Under the pieces are notes generated by a model. It was given only the letters and a program-made list of their open reading frames with translations. It was not told the DNA's origin and did no database searches. A program made the translations under genes and the position numbers. 64,000 nucleotides of DNA. Origin: Oculatellaceae cyanobacterium bins.114 (GTDB taxonomy: Bacteria; Cyanobacteriota; Cyanobacteriia; Elainellales; Elainellaceae). The DNA lies in assembly GCA_033764315.1 (NCBI GenBank), contig JANRJA010000137.1:1-64000 (forward strand), read 5' to 3'. The stretch's first letter is position 1; each line of letters begins with the position of its first letter. Of the stretch, positions 40,297-49,970 are shown in pieces.

Positions 40297-41154
40297 ATGT
40301 CTAAAGGCTTAAAGACTCTCGAAACCTATGCTTTGGTGACACCACAAACGCTGGTGTTTCTGCTGTTTTTGGTGTTTCCCATTGTCATGATCGCCATTGT
40401 CAGTTTCTGGCAATTTAATGGCTACGCAATGGTGCCTGCCTTTACGCTAGACAATTACATCGGCATCTTTACCTCAGATGTCTCGCTCAAAACCTATCTC
40501 AATACCTTCAAGTACGTCATTCTAGTCTGGTTCTTTTCGTTGGCGATCGCCTTTCCCGTATCCTATTTCCTCGCCTTTCACATTCGCAATCAGCGGCTTC
40601 AGATCATCCTGTTTTTGGTATGTACGATCCCGTTCTGGACGTCTAACATCATCCGCATGATCTCGTGGATTCCGGTGTTGGGCAAAGAGGGATTGGTCAA
40701 CCAAATGCTCATCAACACAGGTTTAAGAGAAGTCCCTGTGGAATGGTTGTTGTACTCTGACTTTGCGATCGTCTTGGGGATGGTGCACCTCTATAACTTT
40801 TTTATGATCGCGCCGATTTTTAATAGCTTGGTGCGAATCGATCGCAGTTTGATTACAGCGGCTCTAGATATGGGTGCATCTGGTTTTCAGGTGTTGCGCG
40901 AGGTGATCATTCCGTTGGCAGCACCAGGAATTGCGATCGGCTCGATTTTTATCGTGACGCTGGTGATGGGCGAATTTGTCACCGTTCGCTTAATGGGGGG
41001 TGGGCAAGCCGCTTCTGTGGGCAAGTTGATTCAAACTCAGATTGGCAGTTTGCAATATCCTCTAGCGGCTGCTAACGCCGTGATTTTGCTGATTGTGACG
41101 CTGATCTTGGTCGCCGGAATTTTGCGTGCCGTGAATATTCGTAAGGAGCTGTAA
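40297..41154 (+). CDS. ABC importer permease (PotB-like)
   Basis: Multiple TM helices, IPFWTSNIIR, AALDMGAS loop. Confidence 0.9.
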   Translation: MSKGLKTLETYALVTPQTLVFLLFLVFPIVMIAIVSFWQFNGYAMVPAFTLDNYIGIFTSDVSLKTYLNTFKYVILVWFFSLAIAFPVSYFLAFHIRNQRLQIILFLVCTIPFWTSNIIRMISWIPVLGKEGLVNQMLINTGLREVPVEWLLYSDFAIVLGMVHLYNFFMIAPIFNSLVRIDRSLITAALDMGASGFQVLREVIIPLAAPGIAIGSIFIVTLVMGEFVTVRLMGGGQAASVGKLIQTQIGSLQYPLAAANAVILLIVTLILVAGILRAVNIRKEL

Positions 41155-41156
41155 TC

Positions 41157-41966
41157 GTGGAAAAACGTTCTCTCTCCTTCTATTTGCTGGCTGCTTTTTT
41201 TGGGTTGTTTGTTCTGTTCCTTTATGGGCCGATGATTGCCATCTTCATGTTGTCGCTACAAGGCGAAGAGGGCACGCTAACCTTTCCATTGCGAGGGTTT
41301 AGCTTTTATTGGTTGGGACAAGTGTTTCAAGAACAGCGAGTGGGCAGTTTTGTCGAGGCGTTTCAGCGATCGCTCCTGTTGGGCATCATTGTGACGCTGC
41401 TCTCGATCGGGGTCACTGTCCTGGCGGCACTTGCGTTTCGGAATCGATTTCGAGGCTCAAATGTGATCTTTTACCTGACGATTGCGAGCCTGATCGTGCC
41501 CAGTGTGCTCGTGTCATTGGGGATCGGGATCGCCTTTCAAGTCTTGGGTATTGAAACGAATTGGTTCTCATCGGGCATTGGTGCACATCTCACTTGGACG
41601 GTTCCCTTTGCCTTTTTGATCATGCTTGGCATCTTTAATCGCTTTAACCCTGCTTATGAAGAGGCAGCGCGAGACTTAGGTGCAAACGACATCAAAACAT
41701 TTTGGGAGATTGTGTTGCCGCTGATTGCCCCCGGTTTAGTGGGTATCGGTATCTTAGGCTTTACCTTGTCTTACGACGAATTTACTCGCACCTCGCTCGT
41801 GTCGGGGCAAGACAACACGCTGCCGCTAGAGATATTTGGGATGACCACTAACGTCACCTCCCCCGCTTTATATGCATTAGGAACGCTAACGACCGTGTTT
41901 TCGTTTAGCCTGATTGCGATCGCCTTTGTGGCTTACACCTTTTTCTCCCGGCAGCAACAGCATTAA
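41157..41966 (+). CDS. ABC importer permease (PotC-like)
   Basis: FLYGP, EEAARDLGA EAA motif, FTLSYDEF. Confidence 0.9.
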   Translation: MEKRSLSFYLLAAFFGLFVLFLYGPMIAIFMLSLQGEEGTLTFPLRGFSFYWLGQVFQEQRVGSFVEAFQRSLLLGIIVTLLSIGVTVLAALAFRNRFRGSNVIFYLTIASLIVPSVLVSLGIGIAFQVLGIETNWFSSGIGAHLTWTVPFAFLIMLGIFNRFNPAYEEAARDLGANDIKTFWEIVLPLIAPGLVGIGILGFTLSYDEFTRTSLVSGQDNTLPLEIFGMTTNVTSPALYALGTLTTVFSFSLIAIAFVAYTFFSRQQQH

Positions 41967-42229
41967 TCATTTCTCCCCATAGATCTATCTATCAGTAGAT
42001 GAAGGCAAACCTTAGCTTTGTCGAGATTTTGCACGCCTTTATCGCAGGTTCATAAGCCGCTCTGCAAGCCCTTTACGCTATCTTCACAAAACTTGATCCC
42101 CGCTGTTTCAATACGAAGATTCTGCAAAGACTGGCGTGAAAGCTATCTTGATCTCTGGATAGGGGTCTATAGTTCGGTGTAGTAAGAACCTACGTGTTTA
42201 CACGGTCATTTCTCAAAGAGGACAGCCCG

Positions 42230-42907
42230 ATGACCAATTACGCCATCTCGCAAAACTCTATTCCTGCCGCTCCTGGCTCTTCGTTGTTATGTGAAGAGCC
42301 TCATCCATCCGCGTACTGTTTGGTTAAGCGTCTAACGGATGTGGTCGGTAGCCTCGTAGGATTACTGATTCTCGCCATTGCCTTTATCCCCATTGCGATC
42401 GCCATCAAGTTAGATAGCCCTGGGCCTATCTTCTTCAAGCAAGAGCGATGTGGTTTACAAGGTCAGCGTATTGTCATCCGTAAATTTCGCTCAATGGTGA
42501 CAGATGCCGAACGCCTCAAGTCAATGGTGAAGAACGAAGCAAAGGGATTGTTCTTTAAGAATAAGCAAGACCCTCGCGTCACTCGGATTGGTCAGTTTCT
42601 TCGCAAGACCAGCTTAGATGAACTGCCCCAATTCTGGAATGTTTTGATGGGAGACATGAGCCTCGTTGGAACTCGCCCTCCCACCCTGGATGAGGTGGCT
42701 CACTATAACAGCCGCCATTGGAAGCGATTAAATGTAAAGCCTGGTTTAACAGGGGAGTGGCAGGTCAATGGGCGTTCTGCGGTTAAAGATTTTGAACAGG
42801 TGGTTGATCTGGATCTGCGCTATCAGAGCCAGTGGACGCCGATTTATGATTTCCAAGTCATCTTCAAGACTGTGCAGGTGCTCTTAAAGCGATCGGGAGC
42901 TTACTAA
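42230..42907 (+). CDS. Bacterial sugar transferase (priming phosphoglycosyltransferase)
   Basis: KFRSM, DPRVTRIGQFLRKTSLDELPQFWNVL, MSLVGTRP. Confidence 0.93.
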   Translation: MTNYAISQNSIPAAPGSSLLCEEPHPSAYCLVKRLTDVVGSLVGLLILAIAFIPIAIAIKLDSPGPIFFKQERCGLQGQRIVIRKFRSMVTDAERLKSMVKNEAKGLFFKNKQDPRVTRIGQFLRKTSLDELPQFWNVLMGDMSLVGTRPPTLDEVAHYNSRHWKRLNVKPGLTGEWQVNGRSAVKDFEQVVDLDLRYQSQWTPIYDFQVIFKTVQVLLKRSGAY

Positions 42908-42959
42908 GCTCGGTCTGCACGCTCTCAGTCAAAATTTCAAAATTGCATATTCGCCTCGG

Positions 42960-42991
42960 CGCAGAGATCAGTTTGATCCTCTGCGTTTTTT
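42960..42991 (+). terminator. Intrinsic terminator
   Basis: CGCAGAG-ATC...GATC-CTCTGCG stem followed by TTTTTT. Confidence 0.7.
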
Positions 42992-43121
42992 ATCGGTGCC
43001 CTTAAAGACGGTTGACGCAACAGGTTTGACGCTGCGTTGCGATATCGGGGGTGAATCGGTGTAATCTAGCATCGTTATTCTCGCAAATGTTATTCTCGCA
43101 AATAAGGATCAAACGACTGGC

Positions 43122-43922
43122 ATGAGTGCTGCACCCATTGGTGTTTTTGATTCTGGGGTAGGGGGGTTGTCAATCTTGCAAGCCATTCGTGCGGCTCTGC
43201 CCCATGAAAACGTGTGCTATGTGGCAGACTCATGGCACGTTCCCTATGGCACCAAAACACCCGACTATCTACAAAGACGGGCGATCGCGCTGACCCAGTT
43301 TTTGATGACTCAAGAGGCAAAACTGGTGGTCGTGGCGTGCAACACGGCAACGGTTGCGGCGGTGAGACAACTTCGTACAACGGTTTCGATTCCGATCATT
43401 GCGGTCGAGCCAGCCGTCAAACCCGCTGTTGCGGCAACCAAAACCGGAGTTGTGGGGGTGATTGCGACCGCGACAACCCTTGCTAGTCGGCAGTTTTTAT
43501 CGTTGTTAGAACGATTTGGGACAGGAGTTACGATTTTGACACAAGCCTGTCCTTATCTGGTGCATCAGGTTGAATCCGGTGATCTGGGTAGTTTGACAAC
43601 CCGATCTTTGATTTATCAGTACACTGCCCCGATTTTGGCAGCAGGAGCCGATACGCTGGTGCTGGGTTGCACGCACTACCCGTTTTTGCGCCCGTTAATT
43701 GATGAGGTGGTGGGACCAGATGTAACGGTGATTGATACGGGGGCAGCGGTGACTCGCCAAGTGTTGCATGTCTTGAGAACAAAACACTTGTTAAATCAGG
43801 GTTTGCAACCGGGACATGAGCAATTTTGGACGAGTGGCGAGGTCGAGGCCGTTCAGGATATCTTTTCAACCTTGTGGGGAGAACCTGTTAGGGTGCAACG
43901 ATTACCCCAATGGTTTGTATGA
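43122..43922 (+). CDS. murI: Glutamate racemase
   Basis: IGVFDSGVGGLS, catalytic VACNTAT and LGCTHYP. Confidence 0.95.
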   Translation: MSAAPIGVFDSGVGGLSILQAIRAALPHENVCYVADSWHVPYGTKTPDYLQRRAIALTQFLMTQEAKLVVVACNTATVAAVRQLRTTVSIPIIAVEPAVKPAVAATKTGVVGVIATATTLASRQFLSLLERFGTGVTILTQACPYLVHQVESGDLGSLTTRSLIYQYTAPILAAGADTLVLGCTHYPFLRPLIDEVVGPDVTVIDTGAAVTRQVLHVLRTKHLLNQGLQPGHEQFWTSGEVEAVQDIFSTLWGEPVRVQRLPQWFV

Positions 43923-43936
43923 CGATGTTTGTATGA

Positions 43937-44096
43937 TGAGTAGTACTAGTTATAGATTTGAGAACCAAGCCTTGGGGGATGCTTCCCCCAAACCCCCTCG
44001 CTGAGAGACGAAGCGCGTCCCTCAGACTCCCTCCGCAAGGAGTGTAAGAACGGTAGTCAGGCGCGCTTCGCATCAATGCCCAGTGTGGGTGTCTCT
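43937..44096. repeat. About 155-bp structured dispersed repeat, family E, copy 1
   Basis: Colinear similarity with 51178-51333. Confidence 0.8.
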
Positions 44097-44103
44097 ATTT
44101 TTT

Positions 44104-45027
44104 TCATTTTTCTTTCTTCTCTATTCCTTCTTCTTTTTTTCCCTTTAGCTCTGGTGCAATCGGCAAGACGCGATCGCAGAAAAATAGAGTCCCTGCGCCA
44201 ACACAGACGGGAATGGCAAGTAGGTTTAGAAAAGGGACGCTGACCAGGAAGAGGCAACCGAGGGCAAAGGTGGCACTGGCGGGAAGGCTGCGACGAATGA
44301 CGCCCAATTTGTCGCGAAACCGGAGGCGGCGACGTTCGAGGGCAGGGTCGAGGAAGTCGAGACAAACGATGGTGGCAGCGATCGCAACTCCTCCAACGGT
44401 GGCGATCGCGGTTCCCACCCCTGGAAAGAAGTTAAGCAACAGCAGCGGCAGACCGATTCCTAACGTGATTGCCAGTTTTTTCAGTTCATACTGAATCGCT
44501 CGACCCACATCCCGAAAAACGCCTAAAACACTCGATTCAACAACAGGGAGATGCCCAGTTTGTAATTTTTCTAGCTCTTCCGACAACTTGCCATACCAGG
44601 GGGCACCCAACAACACGCCAAACTGCAATAAGACAAATCCGGTGGCAATCAACAGCAAGATCACGAGAACCGCATAGATTAACCAACCCAGAGCGATCGC
44701 CAACCCATCTAGGGATTGATTGATCCAGAGGGGCAGGTTGTGCAACCACAGCAACCAGTTGGGCAATGTAGGATTCCAGGCGGGGATATCGGGAATCCAG
44801 TTAGGGATGTTGGCGGTGACGGAGTCGATCGCCTCAAATCCGGCAAACAGCAGACTGGCATAGAGCGTTACCCCGACCACCACATTCACCAGAATGGGAA
44901 ACAGCACACAGCCGCGTAGTTGAGGGGTGGCGATTAACAACCCTAGCGATCGCAGCGGATAGGTGATGCCTGCAAAAATACCCCATAGCCCTTGAGTGGG
45001 CTTTAACTCACCTTTGACTTCTGTCAC
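44104..45027 (-). CDS. EI24/CysZ-like membrane protein
   Basis: LGAPWYGKLSE, CLDFLDPALERRRLRFRDK, multiple TM helices. Confidence 0.85.
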   Translation of the reverse strand: MTEVKGELKPTQGLWGIFAGITYPLRSLGLLIATPQLRGCVLFPILVNVVVGVTLYASLLFAGFEAIDSVTANIPNWIPDIPAWNPTLPNWLLWLHNLPLWINQSLDGLAIALGWLIYAVLVILLLIATGFVLLQFGVLLGAPWYGKLSEELEKLQTGHLPVVESSVLGVFRDVGRAIQYELKKLAITLGIGLPLLLLNFFPGVGTAIATVGGVAIAATIVCLDFLDPALERRRLRFRDKLGVIRRSLPASATFALGCLFLVSVPFLNLLAIPVCVGAGTLFFCDRVLPIAPELKGKKEEGIEKKEK

Positions 45028-45959
45028 AGCAAGACCTCTACGGTGTCAGTTTCTATCGTGGCGCGAATCCAGGTCAGGATTTCGTCATTGACGCGATCGG
45101 CACACTCATCATAGGAGCAATGCCCTGCTCCGGGTAACTCTACTAATCTCAGATTGGGGTTGAGGGTGGGTAGTTGCCGTCCCCACGTCAGGGGAATGAT
45201 GTTGTCCTGATCTCCCCACAATACTAAAACAGGCATTTTAAGGTCAGGTAATAACGTTCTGGTATCAGGGCTAAAGTCAACGCGAGTGCGGGCTTTGACC
45301 AATCGTACCAGAACTTTAGCGGCTCCTCGGTCGATCGCTGGTAGAGCAAAGCTGGTAACGAGATCGTCCGTCACGTTGGTCTTTTCGGTATAGATCTTGT
45401 GTAACACCGAGCGAATGAAGGATGGCTGACGAATCAAGCGAAACAAGGGGTTAATAATCAACGGTGAGGCAAACAGCCCTTCAATCCCCCCGACGATGGG
45501 CTGCAACCACTGGAACAATAGCTCCTGACGCGATGAGGGCAGCGTGATCAACACTAACCCTTTTGCCATCCCTGGATGGTTAACGGCGGCAACTAACGCC
45601 ACTAAAGCCCCCAAAGAGTGACCCACAAAAATCGTGGGCTTGCCAATGAACTGTTGCCAAAACTCGTAAACCTGCTCTGCCCACAAACTGACGTTGTAGC
45701 CTGTAACCGCTTTCTCCGATGCGCCAAACCCTAAGAAGTCGAGGGCATACACTGTGCGCGATTGACTCAGAGGAATCAGGTTCGATCGCCACTGCGTTAA
45801 AGCGGCTCCAAACCCATGCAGAAACACGAGCGGTGCGGCATCCACTTCACTGGGGGCGATCGGACGCAAGTGGGTATAGCGAATCTGCCAGCCGCGCCAG
45901 ATCCAGTCACGCTGAGAACCAAGTTGAGTGTGCCAGGGATGGAGCGATCGCTTGGGCAT
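45024..45959 (-). CDS. Alpha/beta fold hydrolase
   Basis: WIWRGWQIRY, HGFGA, GHSLG nucleophile elbow, WGDQD, GHC. Confidence 0.9.
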   Translation of the reverse strand: MPKRSLHPWHTQLGSQRDWIWRGWQIRYTHLRPIAPSEVDAAPLVFLHGFGAALTQWRSNLIPLSQSRTVYALDFLGFGASEKAVTGYNVSLWAEQVYEFWQQFIGKPTIFVGHSLGALVALVAAVNHPGMAKGLVLITLPSSRQELLFQWLQPIVGGIEGLFASPLIINPLFRLIRQPSFIRSVLHKIYTEKTNVTDDLVTSFALPAIDRGAAKVLVRLVKARTRVDFSPDTRTLLPDLKMPVLVLWGDQDNIIPLTWGRQLPTLNPNLRLVELPGAGHCSYDECADRVNDEILTWIRATIETDTVEVLL

Positions 45960-46017
45960 AGGGAAAAAAGAAGAAAGAAGAGGGAAAAAAGAGGGATAAA
46001 GAATAAGCGCAATCATC

Positions 46018-46230
46018 CTCGTTCCTAGCCTCTTGGCTGGGAATGCTAGTGCAGTTTCAGGAAACCTGTTGTGTATCCATTTGTTCTGCCCTTACCGTTC
46101 GGCTTCGGCTTCCTTCCCCTGCGGGAGAAGGGCCGGGGATGAGGGGTGAATAATGGCTCGCACAAAAGCTCTTCTGAATAGGCACTAGGTAGCGGCTCGG
46201 CCGCTTCATCTGAGAGGAGGCAAAGAGTCG
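46018..46230. mobile_element. Nested repeats: family B interrupted by a CTAGTGC-TIR element carrying a family C hairpin
   Basis: B left arm 46018-46045; insert 46046-46188 with TIR CTAGTGCagtTTCAG/CTGAAtagGCACTAG; B resumes with GCCGCTTCATCT. Confidence 0.65.
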
Positions 46231-46288
46231 TTCATCTTCATTTTGCAGGTTTTAAGGCGGCATTGGGCAGTGAAAGCCCACCCAGTAG

Positions 46289-46546
46289 TCAGATTTTCTG
46301 AAACCTCCAACTTCTGTGATAGGTCTTGGTTTTGGTTTCAATGAACCAGTTCTGCAAGGCTAATTTAGTGGGTTCCGCGATCGCCACTCGCAACTTGGTT
46401 GCCTCATTCAACAACATCAGCGCGATCGAGTAAAGAATGTTGACGTGATTGACATCGGACATCTCCACCAAATCAGCAATGGAGAAGAATACAACGAAAT
46501 GCTTTTGCTCTCGCATCAGCCCCGCAAACTGATAGAGCAGCTCAGC
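46289..46546 (-). pseudogene. Internal fragment of a cyanobacterial P-loop ATPase gene
   Basis: Frame reads ELLYQFAGLMREQKHFVVFFSIADLVEMSDVNHVNILYSIAL, which I recall as the segment after Walker A in a cyanobacterial ATPase family; no Walker A or C-terminus. Confidence 0.5.
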
Positions 46547-46825
46547 CTATTCCTGATTCGCTTCCATATAAGCTCGTAATAGTTGATTGATATGGGTTTG
46601 ATAGCCCCGTCCTTGAGACTTAAACCACGCTAAGACATCGCTATCAATGCGGAGTGTGACTTGAGCCTTGGCTTTCGTTATAGGTAAACCTCGTCGCACT
46701 ACAGCCTTAGCAAACATATCAGGTGTAATCTCTGGACAATCCGATAGATCAATATCTTCATCACTCATAGCATCTAACCGTTGCCAATCAGTTTGAGAGT
46801 TGGTCGAAGTAGATTCGTTGTTCAT
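46547..46825 (-). CDS. brnA: BrnA antitoxin
   Basis: TDWQRL...DIDLSDCPE, VTLRIDSDVLAWFKSQGRGYQTHINQLLRAYM. Confidence 0.92.
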   Translation of the reverse strand: MNNESTSTNSQTDWQRLDAMSDEDIDLSDCPEITPDMFAKAVVRRGLPITKAKAQVTLRIDSDVLAWFKSQGRGYQTHINQLLRAYMEANQE

Positions 46826-47066
46826 ATTTCGTCGCTTTTCTTGCAGAAATAATCCGGATACAATCCTCACGCTCTGTGTGGACAACAGCGATGACTCGTC
46901 CTTGCAACAAACCGAATGTGACAAAACGCCGCTCCCCATACCTATAGCGATCGTCCTCAACGGTCAAAATGTCATTGTCAAACACCCTGGGAACATCGAT
47001 AAAATCGATTCCGTGTTTACGAAGATTAGCAAGACGTTTTGCTTCATCCCATTCATATTCCATCAC
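46788..47066 (-). CDS. brnT: BrnT toxin (ribonuclease)
   Basis: EWDEAKRLANLRKHGIDF, YGERRF, IRIISARKAT; overlaps brnA. Confidence 0.93.
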   Translation of the reverse strand: MMEYEWDEAKRLANLRKHGIDFIDVPRVFDNDILTVEDDRYRYGERRFVTFGLLQGRVIAVVHTEREDCIRIISARKATKYEQRIYFDQLSN

Positions 47067-47289
47067 GAAGCAACCACTCTAATAATCAATTGTAGTTACA
47101 AATTGTCGTTACAGTTGCCTATTCCTAACCCCGTTGATTTTGAATGCCCTGCGAATGACGTTAAGCCATTGTCCACATCCAGAACTTGTGACATAACAAA
47201 CTTATGACAGAACAATAGGTATTGTTGCCCCGATCGCCACTCACCCCATTTGGGCAGGATAATAAAAACACATCTACTGACAGCCCGAT

Positions 47290-49311
47290 ATGAGCCTTTG
47301 CATTAATCCCCGCTGTCCACAACCCGACCATCCTGCCAATGACGGTAGCCGTTTTTGCGAGAGTTGCGGCTCTCATTTGGTCTTACAACAGCGATATCGC
47401 GTTTTGCGGTTGCTCAGTGACAAAAGCGGCTTTGGCAAAGTCTATGAAGCCTACGAACGCAGCGTTCCCAAAATTCTAAAAGTTCTTAAAGACAATCACA
47501 GCACCAACCCCAAAGCGGTTGAGTTGTTTCAACAAGAGGCCGATGTGCTGAGTCAACTCAATCATCCCGGCATTCCGTTGATTGAACCCAACGGCTACTT
47601 CCAGTTTCAGCCGAAGGATGGTTTGGGTGGGTTGCATTGCATCATCATGGAAAAGATTGATGGCCCCAACCTGCGCGAATGGATGAAGCAACAGGGCAAC
47701 AACCCGATTAGTCAGCGACAGGCACTCAACTGGTTGCAACAAATTACAGATGTGTTGCATCTGGTTCACCTCAAAAATTACTTCCATCGTGATATCAAAC
47801 CTGACAACTTGATGTTGCGCTCAAATGGGCAAGTCGTGCTGGTCGATTTTGGGGCAGCACGAGAGATGACCTATACCTATCTGGCACAACTCAGCGGCGG
47901 CTCAACTGGGGTAACGCGTATCAGTTCAGCGGGCTACACCCCTCCCGAACAAGAGTATGGGCAAGCGGTGCCTCAGTCTGATTTTTATGCGTTGGGGCGC
48001 ACCTTTATCTATTTATTGACAGCTAAACTGCCAACCGACAGTGGCATCTATGATTCCCTCAACAATGAATTTCGCTGGCGCGATTATGCGCCGCAAATCT
48101 CTCCTCGATTTGCCGATTTTATCGATCGCCTGGTTGCCCCTAGAGCCAGCGATCGCCCCAAAAATACGCAAGATATTTTAGACGAGTTAGCTCGCATTGC
48201 GGCTGATGTCGGATCACCTGCTCCTCAGCCGATCGCTCCTACGGTGATTAAGACCTTCAACGATTCGGGAACGGTGGCTCAAGCCTCAACTCCCAACTGG
48301 ACACCAACCATTCCTAAGCGGTGGTTAGTGAGTGGAGTTGCGGCCCTGTTGTTAGCAGTGAGCGGTGCAGCGGGCTGGCATGTGTATCGGGGAATGGCGG
48401 GGAATGGTGGTACTGAGGCGATCGCCATCACTCAAACTCTGTCAGGGCACACAGGCGAGATCAAGTGTCTGCTGTTGGGGCCAGCGGGAACCCATCTGAT
48501 CAGCGGCAGTGTCGATGCCACCATTCGCATTTGGGATGCCACAACGGGTCAGTTAGTGCAGACGCTAGAGGGACACACCAGTTACATCAATGCGTTGATT
48601 GTCAGTCCCAATGGCAAGAATCTGATCAGTGGTAGTGCCGATGCCACCATTCGCATTTGGGATTTGCAAACGGGCAAGACCATTCGCACGCTGCAAGACT
48701 CAAGTTTTGTGAATACTCTAGACATCAGCCCAGATGGCAAAATATTAGTCAGTGGAGATGCTGATAACACCATCAAAATCTGGGATGTTGCCACAGGAGA
48801 AGAATTGAAAACGCTGCGATCGCACACCAGCCCAGTGAATTCTGTGGTGTTTACCCCCGATGGCAAAAACTTGATCAGTGGCAGTGCTGACAGCACGGTT
48901 AAACTGTGGGATGTGCATACAGGCGAAGTTATTCGCACCTTTACAGGGCACACTAGCTATGTCAATGCAGTTGAGGTTAGTCCCGATGGCAGTACGGTGG
49001 TGAGTGCCAGTGCTGATGACACGGTGAAGGTGTGGAATTTGCAAACGGGAGAAGTGATTCACACGTTGCAGGGGCACAAGAGTTTTGTCAACGCCGTGGT
49101 GATTAGCCCTGATGGCACCACCCTGATCAGCAGCAGTGCCGATGGCACGATCAAAGTTTGGGATTTAGCCACGGGTGAACTGCGCCGCACATTAACGGGT
49201 TACAACGCCCCAATCGATTTTTTTGTAGTGGACTTTAATCGTCAGTTGATGGGCACAGGCAGCAAGAGCCGAGATATTAAGTTGTGGTCTTTTGAACTGC
49301 CGCAACGATGA
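47290..49311 (+). CDS. Ser/Thr protein kinase with 4-Cys prefix, TM helix and WD40 repeats
   Basis: CINPRC...FCESCG, HRDIKPDN, DFG, GYTPPEQ; about seven GH...WD repeats. Confidence 0.93.
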   Translation: MSLCINPRCPQPDHPANDGSRFCESCGSHLVLQQRYRVLRLLSDKSGFGKVYEAYERSVPKILKVLKDNHSTNPKAVELFQQEADVLSQLNHPGIPLIEPNGYFQFQPKDGLGGLHCIIMEKIDGPNLREWMKQQGNNPISQRQALNWLQQITDVLHLVHLKNYFHRDIKPDNLMLRSNGQVVLVDFGAAREMTYTYLAQLSGGSTGVTRISSAGYTPPEQEYGQAVPQSDFYALGRTFIYLLTAKLPTDSGIYDSLNNEFRWRDYAPQISPRFADFIDRLVAPRASDRPKNTQDILDELARIAADVGSPAPQPIAPTVIKTFNDSGTVAQASTPNWTPTIPKRWLVSGVAALLLAVSGAAGWHVYRGMAGNGGTEAIAITQTLSGHTGEIKCLLLGPAGTHLISGSVDATIRIWDATTGQLVQTLEGHTSYINALIVSPNGKNLISGSADATIRIWDLQTGKTIRTLQDSSFVNTLDISPDGKILVSGDADNTIKIWDVATGEELKTLRSHTSPVNSVVFTPDGKNLISGSADSTVKLWDVHTGEVIRTFTGHTSYVNAVEVSPDGSTVVSASADDTVKVWNLQTGEVIHTLQGHKSFVNAVVISPDGTTLISSSADGTIKVWDLATGELRRTLTGYNAPIDFFVVDFNRQLMGTGSKSRDIKLWSFELPQR

Positions 49312-49316
49312 AGCAC

Positions 49317-49946
49317 TCAGCTTTCGCTACCCACGACTCGGTTGTTATAAAGACTCATAGCTTTCGCAACCCCCTCTTTCAAACTCATTTCTACAGCATC
49401 CGTCACCAGGTGCAACACCTCCGAGACGATCGCCCCTTCTGCTTTTGAGAACTGTCCTAAGACGTGCGAAATCGTGTCTTTGTTATCAGCTGCGACTTTG
49501 GGTGCTCCAATGCCAATCCGGAGACGTGGGAAGTTTTGAGTTCCTAAATGGGCGATCGCCGATTTCATCCCATTGTGACCTCCCGCAGACCCCGATAGGC
49601 GCAACCGCAGTCGGCCAAGGGGCAAATCCATTTCGTCATAGACCACTAACACTGATTCGGGAGGCAACTTATACCAGTCGATTGCCGCTCGAATCGATTG
49701 CCCTGAGAGATTCATAAAGGTCAGGGGTTTTAATAAGCGAATCTTGTCTGTTTTTGGCGCACGCCCCTCGCCATAGGTGCCTTGAAATTTACGATTTTCG
49801 GCAAGCGAAACTCCCCACCGACGGGCTAATTGATCAACCGCCTCAAACCCAATGTTATGGCGTGTTTGGTTATATTTCTCACCAGGATTGCCCAATCCCA
49901 CAATGAGTTGGGGAATCACTAAGGCAGAAGAGGTAGTGTCTGTCAT
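49317..49946 (-). CDS. pth: Peptidyl-tRNA hydrolase
   Basis: GLGNPG, TRHNIGF, KPLTFMNLSG, GGHNGMKS. Confidence 0.97.
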   Translation of the reverse strand: MTDTTSSALVIPQLIVGLGNPGEKYNQTRHNIGFEAVDQLARRWGVSLAENRKFQGTYGEGRAPKTDKIRLLKPLTFMNLSGQSIRAAIDWYKLPPESVLVVYDEMDLPLGRLRLRLSGSAGGHNGMKSAIAHLGTQNFPRLRIGIGAPKVAADNKDTISHVLGQFSKAEGAIVSEVLHLVTDAVEMSLKEGVAKAMSLYNNRVVGSES

Positions 49947-49970
49947 CTCATGTCTGAGGCGATCGCCCTC

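Noticed and set aside
48440..49290. Nucleotide repeats in the kinase gene (and the pentapeptide gene)
   Set aside because: Explained by WD40 and pentapeptide protein repeats; no reverse transcriptase or template/variable repeat pattern
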